Positions 49,171 through 59,202 of a DNA stretch of 64,000 bases are shown here, piece after piece. The stretch is taken from IMG/VR virus record IMGVR_UViG_2915168811_000001; one strand, 5' to 3'. The stretch's first letter is position 1; each line of letters begins with the position of its first letter. Position numbers and translations under genes: made by a program. Below the pieces are notes generated by a model. That model did not search any database and was not told where the DNA came from. It was given only the letters and a program-made list of their open reading frames with translations. The stretch comes from a virus.

Positions 49171-50400
49171 CTACCCCGGGGTTCGACGCCCGGCGCGTTC
49201 GGCGAACCTGTCGATGGCGTCAAGCACCGCCTGCGCCCGCCACACTGCAGGACCGTTGTGCTCCGTCTTCATCGCAAGCACCCCGCTGTCCTTCAGCTCT
49301 CGCAGCGCCCGATAGATGTTCTCATTCGAGACCCCAACGCCCAGCGCCGCCGCCTCGGCGGTGAAGGCCGGATGCTCCATCGCGTAGTCAAGGATCCGCA
49401 GCTTCGCGCTGCCGGCCCGCGGCCTGCTCGCTTCCAGCCATTGATCCCGGACTTCATCGAGTTCGGACATGAGCTGTCGTCCATTCGGCACAGCCCTGAG
49501 GCTGGCGGACGCGAACTGCTCGACGATCGGCGACAGGTTCCCGCTCCGGAACTCGTTCAATGCCTCGTGGTACCCCTCGATGTCAGTGAGCAGCCCCGCC
49601 GACACCGGCACGGCGACGTTGCGCGTCAGCCCGCTCCCTCGAAGCATCCCCTGAGCGAGCGCGCGGCCGGTACGGCCATTGCCGTCGCTGAACGGGTGGA
49701 TGGTTTCAAATTGGGCGTGCGCGGTCGCGACATGCAGCAGCGGTGTGATGTCGTCCCGGCCCGCATACTCGGCAAGGTCCGCCATCAGCTCGGGTACTCG
49801 ACCGGCCGCCGGCGCCACGAACTCCGCGCCGATGGGGCTCTCGTTCTTCTTGCCGATCCACACCTGATCCGCTCGGAAGTGACCAGGAGTGTGCCGCACC
49901 TGCCCGTCCATCAGGACGCGATGCATCTCCAGTATTGCCGAGACGCTCAGGTCATCAGAGAGCCCGATCGCCGTGATCATGGCCCGGGTGTTGGCGACAA
50001 TTTCAGAAGCGTTGCGCTTGCCGCCGCCCACCGCTTCAGCCGTGAAGATCTGCCGAGCGGACGCGGTCAAATGCTCGATCTGGGAGGAGGAAGCTGCCTC
50101 GGAGCGCAGCAGGATCGGCCCGAACGCTTGCAGGCGGCTCCCGGACGCTTCATCGAATCGAGCCAGCTCAGCCTCCGCCTCCTGGGCGAGCTTCGTCGTC
50201 GCAGCGTCGACCGTCGGCGACAACGCGGCAATGAAGGGCGGCACCGCGGCTTCGTACTTTTCGTTCAAGTTGAAGTGCCGGGAAGCCGCGGGGCCCATCG
50301 TCGCCGTAGGTCCACTGGCCCAGACCAGTTCTTCGTACTCGAGCGCCGGCCACGCCTCACCGACACCTCCGAGCGCATCGCCATTCGGCAGTGTCCGCAT
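49171..50400 (-). CDS. Fic family protein with C-terminal HTH
   Basis: SSSQIE; HPFSDGNGRTGR. Confidence 0.92.
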   Translation of the reverse strand: MRTLPNGDALGGVGEAWPALEYEELVWASGPTATMGPAASRHFNLNEKYEAAVPPFIAALSPTVDAATTKLAQEAEAELARFDEASGSRLQAFGPILLRSEAASSSQIEHLTASARQIFTAEAVGGGKRNASEIVANTRAMITAIGLSDDLSVSAILEMHRVLMDGQVRHTPGHFRADQVWIGKKNESPIGAEFVAPAAGRVPELMADLAEYAGRDDITPLLHVATAHAQFETIHPFSDGNGRTGRALAQGMLRGSGLTRNVAVPVSAGLLTDIEGYHEALNEFRSGNLSPIVEQFASASLRAVPNGRQLMSELDEVRDQWLEASRPRAGSAKLRILDYAMEHPAFTAEAAALGVGVSNENIYRALRELKDSGVLAMKTEHNGPAVWRAQAVLDAIDRFAERAGRRTPG

Positions 50401-50503
50401 GCGAGTTCCGTACCTTCCGTCTTGCGGCCTTGGCCGATCCACTCGCGTCCACCACTTTCGATAACTGACAACCTGATGCCCCAAAACTATCACTTAGTCA
50501 CAC

Positions 50504-50536
50504 AAGTGACAATGAAGGCCGGTTTCGTTGTCACTT
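50504..50536. promoter_or_regulatory. Inverted repeat in the fic/umuC divergent spacer
   Basis: AAGTGACAATGAA-N7-TTCGTTGTCACTT, plus a related TGACAA at ~50466. Confidence 0.55.
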
Positions 50537-50552
50537 ATTCGGGGTCAACGAC

Positions 50553-51842
50553 GTGACCGGGCCACTTCAGCAGATAGCGCTGATCGACTGCGTCTCGTTC
50601 TACGCGGCCTGCGAGCGCGTGTTCGAGCCGAAGCTGCTGGGAGTCCCAATAGTTGTACTTTCAAATAATGACGGATGTGTAGTAGCGGCGAGCACCGAAG
50701 CGAAGGCTTTGGATCGCGAAATTATGGGCAAGCCCTGGTTTCAAATCGAAGGCTGGTGCAAGGCGAAAGGGGTGATCGCCCGGTCTTCGAACTACGAGCT
50801 GTACGGCAGCTTGTCGGCGCGGGTCATGGAGATCATTGGGCGCTATTCAGCATGGTCCGAGATTTATTCAATCGATGAGTCGTTCGTAGGGCTCCGCGGC
50901 ACCCCCGCCGAGCTCACCCGCGTCGGTCAGGCCATCAGGGCGGACGTGCTCAAATGCACCGGGGTGCCCGTCCGCGTCGCCATCGGACGCACGAAGACTC
51001 TCGCGAAAGTCGCAGCGATCGGCATCAAGAAGAGCCCGGCCATGAACGGGGTCCTGCACCTCGGCGGGTACAGCGACGACGTCCTCTCCCAGATCCTCGG
51101 CACCATCCCCACCACGGACCTGTGGGGTGTCGCCGGCCGCACCGGCAAGAAGCTCACCGCGATGGGGATCCACACCGCGCGCGACCTGCGCGACGCCGAC
51201 GCGAAAGCGATCCGGAAGAAGTTCAGCGTCGTCATGGAGCGCACCGTCATGGAACTGCGGGGCGAGCCGTGCATCCCGCTCGAAGACCAGCCGCCGCCCC
51301 ACAAGGAGCAGCTGATCTTCTCCCGATCCTTCTCGAAGAAGATCGTCGACCTCGCCGAGCTTGAGCAGGTCCTCGCGATCTACGCGCAGCGCGTGTCCGG
51401 CCGGCTGCGCGCACAGAACCTCGTCGCGACACAGCTGCAAGCATGGGCGGCGACCGGCTGGGCGCAAAGCGGACCCTCCCACTCCCCTAGCGTCTCCGTC
51501 TCGCTCGGCGTCCCGACCGACGACCCGATCCATCTCGCACGGGCCGCAAAACAGCTGATGCCGCGCGCGCTCCCCGACATGCGTTACGCCCGCGCCGGCG
51601 TCGTGCTCACAGGCCTGCAGCCCAAAACCGGGCTCGCCCCACTGTCCCTATTCGAGCCAGAGTTCGAAGGGCGCAAAGTCGGCGAGACGCTCGACGCCAT
51701 CACCCAGAAGCTCGGCGACGGCGCGATCGGTGTCGGCCGCGGAGGCCTCAAACGGCCGTCCTCCTGGGAGATGAAGCGAGAGATGCTCTCCAAACGAGCC
51801 ACCACCCACTGGGACGAGCTCGCGGTCGTTAATGCCAGCTAG
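50553..51842 (+). CDS. umuC: Y-family DNA polymerase UmuC
   Basis: DCVSFYAACE, VLSNNDGC, SSNYELY, YSIDE, TKTLAK, WEMKREMLS. Confidence 0.95.
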   Translation: MTGPLQQIALIDCVSFYAACERVFEPKLLGVPIVVLSNNDGCVVAASTEAKALDREIMGKPWFQIEGWCKAKGVIARSSNYELYGSLSARVMEIIGRYSAWSEIYSIDESFVGLRGTPAELTRVGQAIRADVLKCTGVPVRVAIGRTKTLAKVAAIGIKKSPAMNGVLHLGGYSDDVLSQILGTIPTTDLWGVAGRTGKKLTAMGIHTARDLRDADAKAIRKKFSVVMERTVMELRGEPCIPLEDQPPPHKEQLIFSRSFSKKIVDLAELEQVLAIYAQRVSGRLRAQNLVATQLQAWAATGWAQSGPSHSPSVSVSLGVPTDDPIHLARAAKQLMPRALPDMRYARAGVVLTGLQPKTGLAPLSLFEPEFEGRKVGETLDAITQKLGDGAIGVGRGGLKRPSSWEMKREMLSKRATTHWDELAVVNAS

Positions 51843-51906
51843 ACTCACTCCGTCGCCGCGCATCACCGTGGATGAGCTTCGACAACCGACGCCCGGAAGG
51901 ACCACC

Positions 51907-52227
51907 GTGCACCAGATCAACTCCCCCACCAGCGCCACCGAAATGCCTCTGCCCCGCGTAGTCATCGGCGGGGTGCTCCGCGACGTCCGCCTGCAGAAAC
52001 AGCTCACCCTGCGCACCGTGGCGGAGGCGGCGCCCGCCGCGCTCGGATACGTCTCCGAAGTGGAGCGCGGCATCAAGGAGCCGTCCAGCGAAGTGCTCGG
52101 CGGAATCGTTGCCGCCCTCGGTATCCCCCTGTCAGAGCTGTTTCGCGAGGTCAGCTTCCGGATGCAGGTGTCCGAGCAGCTCTCCGTTGCTCCGATCCCC
52201 GTGGACAGCGTTCGTCAGCACAGCTGA
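51907..52227 (+). CDS. ClgR-like XRE regulator
   Basis: IGGVLR..R..TLR.VA...LGYVSEVERGIKEPSSEVL. Confidence 0.8.
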   Translation: MHQINSPTSATEMPLPRVVIGGVLRDVRLQKQLTLRTVAEAAPAALGYVSEVERGIKEPSSEVLGGIVAALGIPLSELFREVSFRMQVSEQLSVAPIPVDSVRQHS

Positions 52228-52310
52228 AGAGTGATTCACGATTCCAGTGTGTTCGATGCCTGATACTGGTCGTGAGGAGCGGGAGCGGGTCCCGTCCAGC
52301 AGGGGCATCA

Positions 52311-52577
52311 ATGAGATCTGTATCTGAAGCCGAGTTCGCGGCGATCGTCGAGAGAGTTCTCGACAGCAGCCATCGCTACATACAGGCTGCTGTCTCCGGC
52401 CACTCCGTCATGCTCACCTTCACGTCGAACTCGAGACGGATCGATCAGAGGGTGAACATCGACTTCGACCTCGCCGGCGGCAACCCTGTCATCCATCAGA
52501 ACTTTCATGGCTCGAACCAGCCATTGTTCTTCGCGAGAAAGGTCCGCGACGGAATCGTGGAGGCCCTCGCGCGATGA
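52311..52577 (+). CDS. Hypothetical protein
   Basis: AGGGG RBS; stop directly before element copy 52578. Confidence 0.6.
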   Translation: MRSVSEAEFAAIVERVLDSSHRYIQAAVSGHSVMLTFTSNSRRIDQRVNIDFDLAGGNPVIHQNFHGSNQPLFFARKVRDGIVEALAR

Positions 52578-52629
52578 CCGCGCATCACTAGGGTGAAGAT
52601 CCGCACGGTGCGGCTCTCGGAAGGGCATC

Positions 52630-53535
52630 ATGTCGGTCATCACCCCCAGCATCCACGCGCAGCTCAGCCAGCTCATCGGGGCCGAACTCACTGAGGCGGC
52701 AGCGCTTGACGCTTTCAACCGCATCACCCTCTCGCTATCCGCCGAACCCGGCGGCGATTCGATCATTGCCGCCGACGAGACGGCAGCCGACGCGGTCGCA
52801 GCGGTGGAAGGTGTCAGTAGTGCCGATGCCGTTGCAGCCCGTAATCGCCGCACAATCGGTGTGATCGCGGAGGCTGTGAAGCTCGGCCACATGCTGCTTA
52901 CTCCGACCAATCCCGCCTGGCCCGCACGCCTGAACGACCTCGGCGCCCGCCGACCTGTGCTGCTTTGGGCGCGCGGAAACCTCGCAGTGCTCAGCGGAGA
53001 CTCCGTCTGCCTGACCGGGGCTCGAGCCTCGTCGGCGTACGGCGAGCAGATGGCCGCTCACCTGACTGCTGGCCTCGCCGGTGTGACTCTGATGAACGGC
53101 GGTGCGTACGGCATCGACGCCGCTACGCTGCGAGTCGCTCTGCGGAACGATCTTCCGACTGTGGTTGTCCAAGCATCCGGTATTGACCGCGTCTACCCTG
53201 CGGCGCACAGCGAACTCAACGACCGGGTCGCCACCAATGGCCTGATCGTGACGGAGTACGCCCCCGGCACCGCCCCGACCCGCTGGCGCTTCCTTCGTCG
53301 GAACGTCGTGATCGCCGCCCTCGCGTCTGCGACCGTCATCATCGAAGCTGGCGCCCGCTCCGGCAGCCTGTCCGTCGCCGGAAACGCCCTCGAGCTCGGT
53401 CGGCCGGTCGGCGCAGTCCCTCATTCTGCGCTCTCGAGCACAGGCGAAGGTCCGCACCGTCTGATCCGTGAACACGGTGCTGCTCTCGTCACCAGCAGCG
53501 CCGACATCATGTCGCTTGCAAAGGACGGAGCATGA
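52630..53535 (+). CDS. dprA: DNA-processing protein DprA
   Basis: LWARGN, GARASSAYG, GGAYGID, YP, FLRRN, EAGARSGSL. Confidence 0.92.
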   Translation: MSVITPSIHAQLSQLIGAELTEAAALDAFNRITLSLSAEPGGDSIIAADETAADAVAAVEGVSSADAVAARNRRTIGVIAEAVKLGHMLLTPTNPAWPARLNDLGARRPVLLWARGNLAVLSGDSVCLTGARASSAYGEQMAAHLTAGLAGVTLMNGGAYGIDAATLRVALRNDLPTVVVQASGIDRVYPAAHSELNDRVATNGLIVTEYAPGTAPTRWRFLRRNVVIAALASATVIIEAGARSGSLSVAGNALELGRPVGAVPHSALSSTGEGPHRLIREHGAALVTSSADIMSLAKDGA

Positions 53536-53581
53536 CCGCGCCGAAGTACAGCCGAGTCGTGGGCGCGAGGCGTGTGAAGTC

Positions 53582-54343
53582 GTGACCATTCACATCGTCG
53601 AGCTGCCGCGGCTTGTGCACGCAGGGATGGTTCCTCATCTCTGCTCGGGACTGCCACAGCATCTCAATGGAGGGCAGGTGGAGCTGCGCTGCCGAGCGTT
53701 AGCTGACGGGGACCCGGACCCCGTCGCTCGAGCGGCGGTCGAGGAGATTGTTGTCCGCCGGCACGGCTCCATCCTGGTGCGGGGCGCATCCGAACAGTTC
53801 ATCGCTGCGCTGACGGTCGCCGCCAATATCGCAAAAACGGAAAGTGGGGACGGTGCCGCGTACGTCCTAGTGCCACAGGATCCCGAAGATATGGTGTTCC
53901 GTCATGGTGGCGTAACCGTCACATTGGGCGACCTGATCGCTCATCTGGAGCGGATCCCTGAAAGCCGCTGGCGGACAGGAACTGTTCGATCTGAAGACGG
54001 GCGAACGAACTGCTTCTTCGGCCATCTGCATCACTACGGAGTGTTCATGTCTAGCTACGCCGCCACCCTCCCCGAGGCGACGGCGAAGTGTTCAGGCGAG
54101 GAAGTGTTCGCCTCCCGGCTGTGGGACTGGTTCGAATCCACCTGGGCGACGACGTACCGGATCTACCCGGTCAACGACGGCGAATCCCTCAAATACCCGC
54201 AACCGAACCCGAAATCGCGCGTGCTCGCATTCCTGGCCGCGCTCCGCTCCGGCGCCGAGCCAAACACCACGCGGTCGCTGGATGCCGAATACTTGCATGG
54301 CGAGCATGTTGCCTGCTGCTCCCCAGAACGGATGACCTCATGA
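53582..54343 (+). CDS. Hypothetical protein
   Basis: GTG coupled to mini-ORF 53532-53585; NCFFGHL...VNDG..YPQ..PK.R. Confidence 0.6.
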   Translation: MTIHIVELPRLVHAGMVPHLCSGLPQHLNGGQVELRCRALADGDPDPVARAAVEEIVVRRHGSILVRGASEQFIAALTVAANIAKTESGDGAAYVLVPQDPEDMVFRHGGVTVTLGDLIAHLERIPESRWRTGTVRSEDGRTNCFFGHLHHYGVFMSSYAATLPEATAKCSGEEVFASRLWDWFESTWATTYRIYPVNDGESLKYPQPNPKSRVLAFLAALRSGAEPNTTRSLDAEYLHGEHVACCSPERMTS

Positions 54344-55167
54344 TCGAACGCACCACCCTCGAGCCCCGCTACTTCGAACGCATGGCTCGCTCCATCGGAG
54401 ACAAAGTCCGCCTGCTCGAATGGGTGCTCCCCGGCCGCGTGGCCGACATCGGTGCAGGCGGTGGAGATCTCTCCCTCGCGCTCGGCGGCCTGGATGACGT
54501 GCACACAGTGTTCGCGCTGGACGACTCCGATGACGCGCTCGAACTGCTTACCGATGTGCCCGGCGTGACCGCGGTGCGCGGCTCATTCGGAGAAGCGCTC
54601 GAAGCATTGCCCGGAGGCCAGGTCGACACGATCGTCTGCTCCAGCGTGATGCACGAGGTGTATTCCTATGGCGGCGGCTGGGCAGCTATCGACCTGGCAC
54701 TCGAATCCGCCTGGGCGGCGCTGCGACCCGGCGGACGGCTCGTCATTCGAGACGGTGTCATGCCGGAGGCGCAAGGATGTCCGGTGAGAATGTGGACGCC
54801 CGACAATGACCTCGCCCGCGAGTACGCCGCCCTCACACCGCATCCTGAATTGCAGATCATCGAGGATGCCGACGGATGGTGGGTAGGGAGCGCGCATGCC
54901 ATCGCCGAGGCACTGCTCACCCTCACCTGGGGCCGCGGCTCCCTCGCGCGCGAAGCGCAGGAGCGATACCAGCTCGCCACGGAGAGCGAATACCGGCTCA
55001 TGGTCGAACCGCACGGCTTCACCCAGATCCACTCCGAGTCGTACACGCTCCCTGGCTACCGCGACCACCTGCGGCAATACCGGGTCGAGAGTGCGCAGGA
55101 TCCAAACTGGTTCCCACTGACCAATGCCGTCTGGGTGTTTGAGAAGGTCGACCGCGCATCACTCTGA
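54340..55167 (+). CDS. Class I SAM-dependent methyltransferase
   Basis: VADIGAGGG, SSVMHEVYSY, LRPGGRLVIRDG. Confidence 0.88.
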   Translation: MIERTTLEPRYFERMARSIGDKVRLLEWVLPGRVADIGAGGGDLSLALGGLDDVHTVFALDDSDDALELLTDVPGVTAVRGSFGEALEALPGGQVDTIVCSSVMHEVYSYGGGWAAIDLALESAWAALRPGGRLVIRDGVMPEAQGCPVRMWTPDNDLAREYAALTPHPELQIIEDADGWWVGSAHAIAEALLTLTWGRGSLAREAQERYQLATESEYRLMVEPHGFTQIHSESYTLPGYRDHLRQYRVESAQDPNWFPLTNAVWVFEKVDRASL

Positions 55168-55201
55168 CGTAGGGCGCAGGTTGCGGCCGCGAAGGAGAGT
55201 C

Positions 55202-55690
55202 ATGGACGCCCCTCATCAGCAACAGCTCGAGCCAGCTCGCGTCCGTGAAGCAGTCATCGTCGACGTCGACGGGACCCTTTGCGATGTCAGCAGCATTCGC
55301 CACTACATCGCCGAGGGGCTGCTGAATCGTGACTTCACGTCCTTCCATGGAGCCTCACGACTCTGTCCGCCCATTCAGGCCACGTTCGCTTGGGTCGACA
55401 AACACCGTGCCGCCGGCCGCACGGTCATCGTTGTCACTGCCCGAGCTCAGCGCTGGGAGTTCTTAACGAGGCAGTGGCTTCGCAAATGGGAGTTCCAGCA
55501 CGACTGGCTGTTCATGCGCGGAGATCGCGACGAGCGCCGCGACGATTTCGTGAAGGCTGACATTCTCGCCCGCATCCGCGCTGCCGGCTACACCGTCGTC
55601 GCCGCGATCGACGACAACCCCACCGTCATCGCACTGTGGGAGCGAGAGCAGATCCCTGTCACCGTTGTGCCCGGGTGGTGGGAAGCGTGA
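55202..55690 (+). CDS. HAD phosphatase (polynucleotide kinase 3'-phosphatase type)
   Basis: IVDVDGTL, VTAR, LFMR..D.R.D..VK, IDDNP. Confidence 0.88.
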   Translation: MDAPHQQQLEPARVREAVIVDVDGTLCDVSSIRHYIAEGLLNRDFTSFHGASRLCPPIQATFAWVDKHRAAGRTVIVVTARAQRWEFLTRQWLRKWEFQHDWLFMRGDRDERRDDFVKADILARIRAAGYTVVAAIDDNPTVIALWEREQIPVTVVPGWWEA

Positions 55691-56799
55691 ACACCAAGCG
55701 CGGAGTTATGAGCCTCGAAACCCTCGAGCGCAGCCTCCACTTCCTCGACCTCACCGGCATCACCGACCCCGGGCAGGTCGAAATCCGCCGTCTGTACCTG
55801 CAGATCGCGAACGGATCCGTACCGGCCGGACCAGTCCTTGCGGGGCTCGAAACCGTCGCTGGCGGGGAGCTCGCTGTGGGGACCCTGCCGATCCGCACCG
55901 ACCCGCGCACCCTCGTACACCGGTTCGACTGGCAATGGTGGAGCAACTGCGCCGCGCTCGAAAGATTCGTCGCGGAGCATGGGCGGCTCCCAAGCACAGT
56001 GTCCGCCGACCCTGAAGAGAAGCGGCTGGGCTTTTGGGTGCAGACCCAGAGGAATTCAATAGCCGGGAGGGGTACGCCGTTGATCGCAGACCAGGTCGCC
56101 CGGCTCGTACTCGTTCCTGGGTTCGTTGTAGACCGTGCGCCGACATGGGGTGATCGCTTCGCGGCGCTCGAAAGGTTCGTCGCGGTGCACGGGCGGACCC
56201 CAAGCAAGGTGTCAGCTGACCCGGAGGAGAAGCGGCTGGGCGTCTGGGCGAACAAACAGAGGAGTTCAATCGCCGGCAGGGGTACGCCGTTGACCGCGGA
56301 GCAGGTCGCCCGGCTTGTGCTCATCCCCGGGTTCGTTACGGACCGCGCACCGACATGGGGTGAAAGCTGCGCAGCTGTCGAGTTGTTTGTCGCGGAGCAC
56401 GGCCGGGTCCCAAGTACGGTGTCTACGGACCCGGAAGTAAGACGGCTGGGCGGCTGGGTGCAGACTCAGAAAAGCAGGATCGCGGGCAGAGGGGCAGCGC
56501 TGAGCCCGGATCAGGTCGCCAGGCTCGAGCTCATTCCTGGTTTCGCTACAGACCGTGCTCTGATATGGCTCGAAAGCATCGCCGCGGTCGAGACGTTCGT
56601 TACTGCACAAGGTCGGCTCCCGCAGCAGAAGGCCACTGGTCCGGAAGAGAAGCGGCTGGGCGGCTGGGTGGACAACCAGAAAAGGTCAATCGCAGGCAGA
56701 GGTGGGACGTTGACCGCAGATCAGGTCGCCCGGCTCGTACTCATCCCTGGGTTCGTTACGCCAGTTGTCCGCCGCCACTTGGACGGCAAGCAGGGGTGA
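55687..56799 (+). CDS. Helicase-associated (HA) repeat protein
   Basis: Four 70-aa repeats FVAEHGR.PS...EEKRLG.WV..Q. Confidence 0.85.
   Translation: MNTKRGVMSLETLERSLHFLDLTGITDPGQVEIRRLYLQIANGSVPAGPVLAGLETVAGGELAVGTLPIRTDPRTLVHRFDWQWWSNCAALERFVAEHGRLPSTVSADPEEKRLGFWVQTQRNSIAGRGTPLIADQVARLVLVPGFVVDRAPTWGDRFAALERFVAVHGRTPSKVSADPEEKRLGVWANKQRSSIAGRGTPLTAEQVARLVLIPGFVTDRAPTWGESCAAVELFVAEHGRVPSTVSTDPEVRRLGGWVQTQKSRIAGRGAALSPDQVARLELIPGFATDRALIWLESIAAVETFVTAQGRLPQQKATGPEEKRLGGWVDNQKRSIAGRGGTLTADQVARLVLIPGFVTPVVRRHLDGKQG
55935..56760 (+). repeat. Four tandem 210-bp intragenic repeats
   Basis: Related GAAGAGAAGCGGCTGGG-like segments at 56014, 56224, 56434, 56644. Confidence 0.9.
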
Positions 56800-56869
56800 C
56801 CGCGCGCCGCCGCGCCGCGCATCACTCTGGGTGAGGCTGCATGGTGCAGCCAGACTTGGAGTGCTCTGC

Positions 56870-59140
56870 ATGACCGTCACTGCTTTGGCCGCGCCGCCCG
56901 CCCTTGGCACTAAGTTCGCTTTGCGCCGCGATCAGCAGGACGCTGTTGCTGCGCTGTATAACCATTTCGTGGCGAAGGACCGTAAGTTCGGCCGGTACAT
57001 TTCGGCGTGCGGGACCGGGAAAACTGTGGTGATGGCGAGGCTGCCTGAGGTGCTGAAAGCGAGCACCGTCGTGGTGTTGGTGCCGAGTTTGAACCTGGTC
57101 ACGCAGACTTGGGATGCGTTCGCGCGGCAGCTTGGCGTTGACGGGTTTCAGGGGTTCATCGTCTGCAGTGACGATCAGCGTTCGCGCGCGAAAGCGACGG
57201 ACTCCGACTCGGTCGATGATGAGGACCGGATCACCACGAAAGTTCAAGCGAACGTAACGGAAGATGAGCTGGCTGCGAAGTTCCACGGGCAGGTACTTCG
57301 GGATCCCGCCACGATCGGTCATGCCCTCGACACGATGACGAACCGCACCATTGTGTTCTCCACGTACCAGTCCGTGCATCTGCTGCGCGACGGCCTACGT
57401 GCCTCCCGATCCGGTGAGGTGGATCTGCTGATGTGCGATGAAGCCCACTTCCTGGTGCAGTCCAAGCCTGAGAAGGTGAAGGATCGCCAGCATCCCGCCA
57501 ATATCGTGCTGAAGCAGCTGCCCGCGAAACGGAAGCTGTTCGCGACCGCGACGCCTCGCACAGTGGAGGGGTCCGGCGTGTTCTCCATGGATGACACTGA
57601 GCTGTTCGGAAAAGTCGCGCATGAATACAGCTACCCGGAGGCGGTCAAGGACGGCGTCGTTGCTGAGTTCGACATCGTTGTCTGCCAGGTGGATCGTGAG
57701 CAGGACCTCACCCGGTTCACGTCGGAGCTGAGGGACCGGTTCGGGCTCGGAGGCCCTGTTGGCCTCGGTTACGACATCTCCCACGACAAAGTCCGCAGCA
57801 TCGTGATCTCCCACACCCTGTCGAACATGATCAAAGACGGCCGGGTTTCTCGGGCGCTCACCTACTCGTCCAGTATTCCCAGGCTGAAACAGAACGCCGC
57901 GGACCTGAACCGTTTCCTCGGTCCGGGCTGCGCGGTGCCGCTGTCCTCCCAGTCGAGCACGAAGCAGCGCATCGAAGGGGTGCGCAAGCTGGATGCAGGC
58001 GAAATCAACGTCATCACGAACTGCGGGCTGTTCGGCGAAGGGCATGACACCCCGGCTCTGGACGCGGTCGCGTTCGTGGACCCCCGCCAGTCCGTCACCC
58101 AGATCGTCCAGGCCATCGGTCGCGCCTGCCGCATACCGTACGGCCAGTCCGGGAAACGCGCCATCGTGCTCGTGCCGGTGGATGACTTCGACTACGACCA
58201 GCAGGGACGACTTCAAGTGGACATCCACGGCCGCGCGACTGTAGATACCGCCGCAGTCAGGAAGGCACAGAACGGGCAGTTCGCCCTGCTCGAAACCGTG
58301 CTCGCCGCCATGTCATCGCCGGGCCTGCGCCTCGTTGACGCTGCGGAAGGTATCCGCGGGGAGCTTGCAGGTCGCGGGCGCCGCAGCGGCCAGACGCCTG
58401 AGGCGGTCCGGCCGCTGCGTGGAATGCCGGGCAAAGAGCACAAACCGGGCGTCGGCATTAGCCCGGCCGAGCTTGAAGTCATGCTGAATGAAACCCCTGC
58501 GGAGGCCCCATCTGTGGGTGCTGACGCGGAAGTGAACTTGATCGTCGACCGTCCGTTTACGGACCGCAGTGACGCTTTCGACACGTCCGGGCTGACGGCG
58601 AAAGATGAGTTGATCGCAGCGTTTGTGCGGGAAAGTGCAGTGAACCCGCTGATGATCGCAGACCACCGGGGATACCTCAGTGCAACCGTCGACCACGCCA
58701 TCCGCGACGCCGAAACCGGGGAGCGCGTCATCACGGACTATCGACCTGATGTGAAACTCTGGCGCACGTACCAGCTGATCCGCACTCGCGCTGGTCGTGC
58801 GACACTGCTGAAGCACCTCCCTTCCAGCCGCACAATTGAAGGTGACGTGGACGGGAAGCCGATGTTCCTTGACCTGGACCGGGACGCTTTGCGTGACATC
58901 ACCGGTCGGTCCCATGAGCTTCGCTTACAGGTCGCGGCGATCAGCGCTGCGATCCCGTCCGCGAACCTCATTCAGCTTGGTGTCAAAGCTGCGTGCTCCG
59001 AAGCGCGTCTGATCGGTGGCCCGAACCTGAACGCTCAAACCCGGAAGCATCGCAACGGCGAGCAGTCCCAAGTGTTCGAGCGCGCGTTCCGTTACGCCGG
59101 GTGGGAGCCGGGAAAGGATTGGACCGAACTGACCCCGTGA
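56870..59140 (+). CDS. SF2 DEAD/DEAH-box helicase (ResIII-like)
   Basis: ACGTGKT, DEAH, TATP, LFGEGHDTP, QAIGRACR. Confidence 0.92.
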   Translation: MTVTALAAPPALGTKFALRRDQQDAVAALYNHFVAKDRKFGRYISACGTGKTVVMARLPEVLKASTVVVLVPSLNLVTQTWDAFARQLGVDGFQGFIVCSDDQRSRAKATDSDSVDDEDRITTKVQANVTEDELAAKFHGQVLRDPATIGHALDTMTNRTIVFSTYQSVHLLRDGLRASRSGEVDLLMCDEAHFLVQSKPEKVKDRQHPANIVLKQLPAKRKLFATATPRTVEGSGVFSMDDTELFGKVAHEYSYPEAVKDGVVAEFDIVVCQVDREQDLTRFTSELRDRFGLGGPVGLGYDISHDKVRSIVISHTLSNMIKDGRVSRALTYSSSIPRLKQNAADLNRFLGPGCAVPLSSQSSTKQRIEGVRKLDAGEINVITNCGLFGEGHDTPALDAVAFVDPRQSVTQIVQAIGRACRIPYGQSGKRAIVLVPVDDFDYDQQGRLQVDIHGRATVDTAAVRKAQNGQFALLETVLAAMSSPGLRLVDAAEGIRGELAGRGRRSGQTPEAVRPLRGMPGKEHKPGVGISPAELEVMLNETPAEAPSVGADAEVNLIVDRPFTDRSDAFDTSGLTAKDELIAAFVRESAVNPLMIADHRGYLSATVDHAIRDAETGERVITDYRPDVKLWRTYQLIRTRAGRATLLKHLPSSRTIEGDVDGKPMFLDLDRDALRDITGRSHELRLQVAAISAAIPSANLIQLGVKAACSEARLIGGPNLNAQTRKHRNGEQSQVFERAFRYAGWEPGKDWTELTP

Positions 59141-59202
59141 GTCCGCACCGCGCATCACTCCTGATGTAGGCCGAAGCTTTCGGCCGGAATCAGGAGCCAG
59201 TC

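Noticed and set aside
49159-50556. 465-aa plus-strand ORF bridging umuD and umuC
   Set aside because: Antisense shadow of fic; Arg/Pro-rich with no motifs
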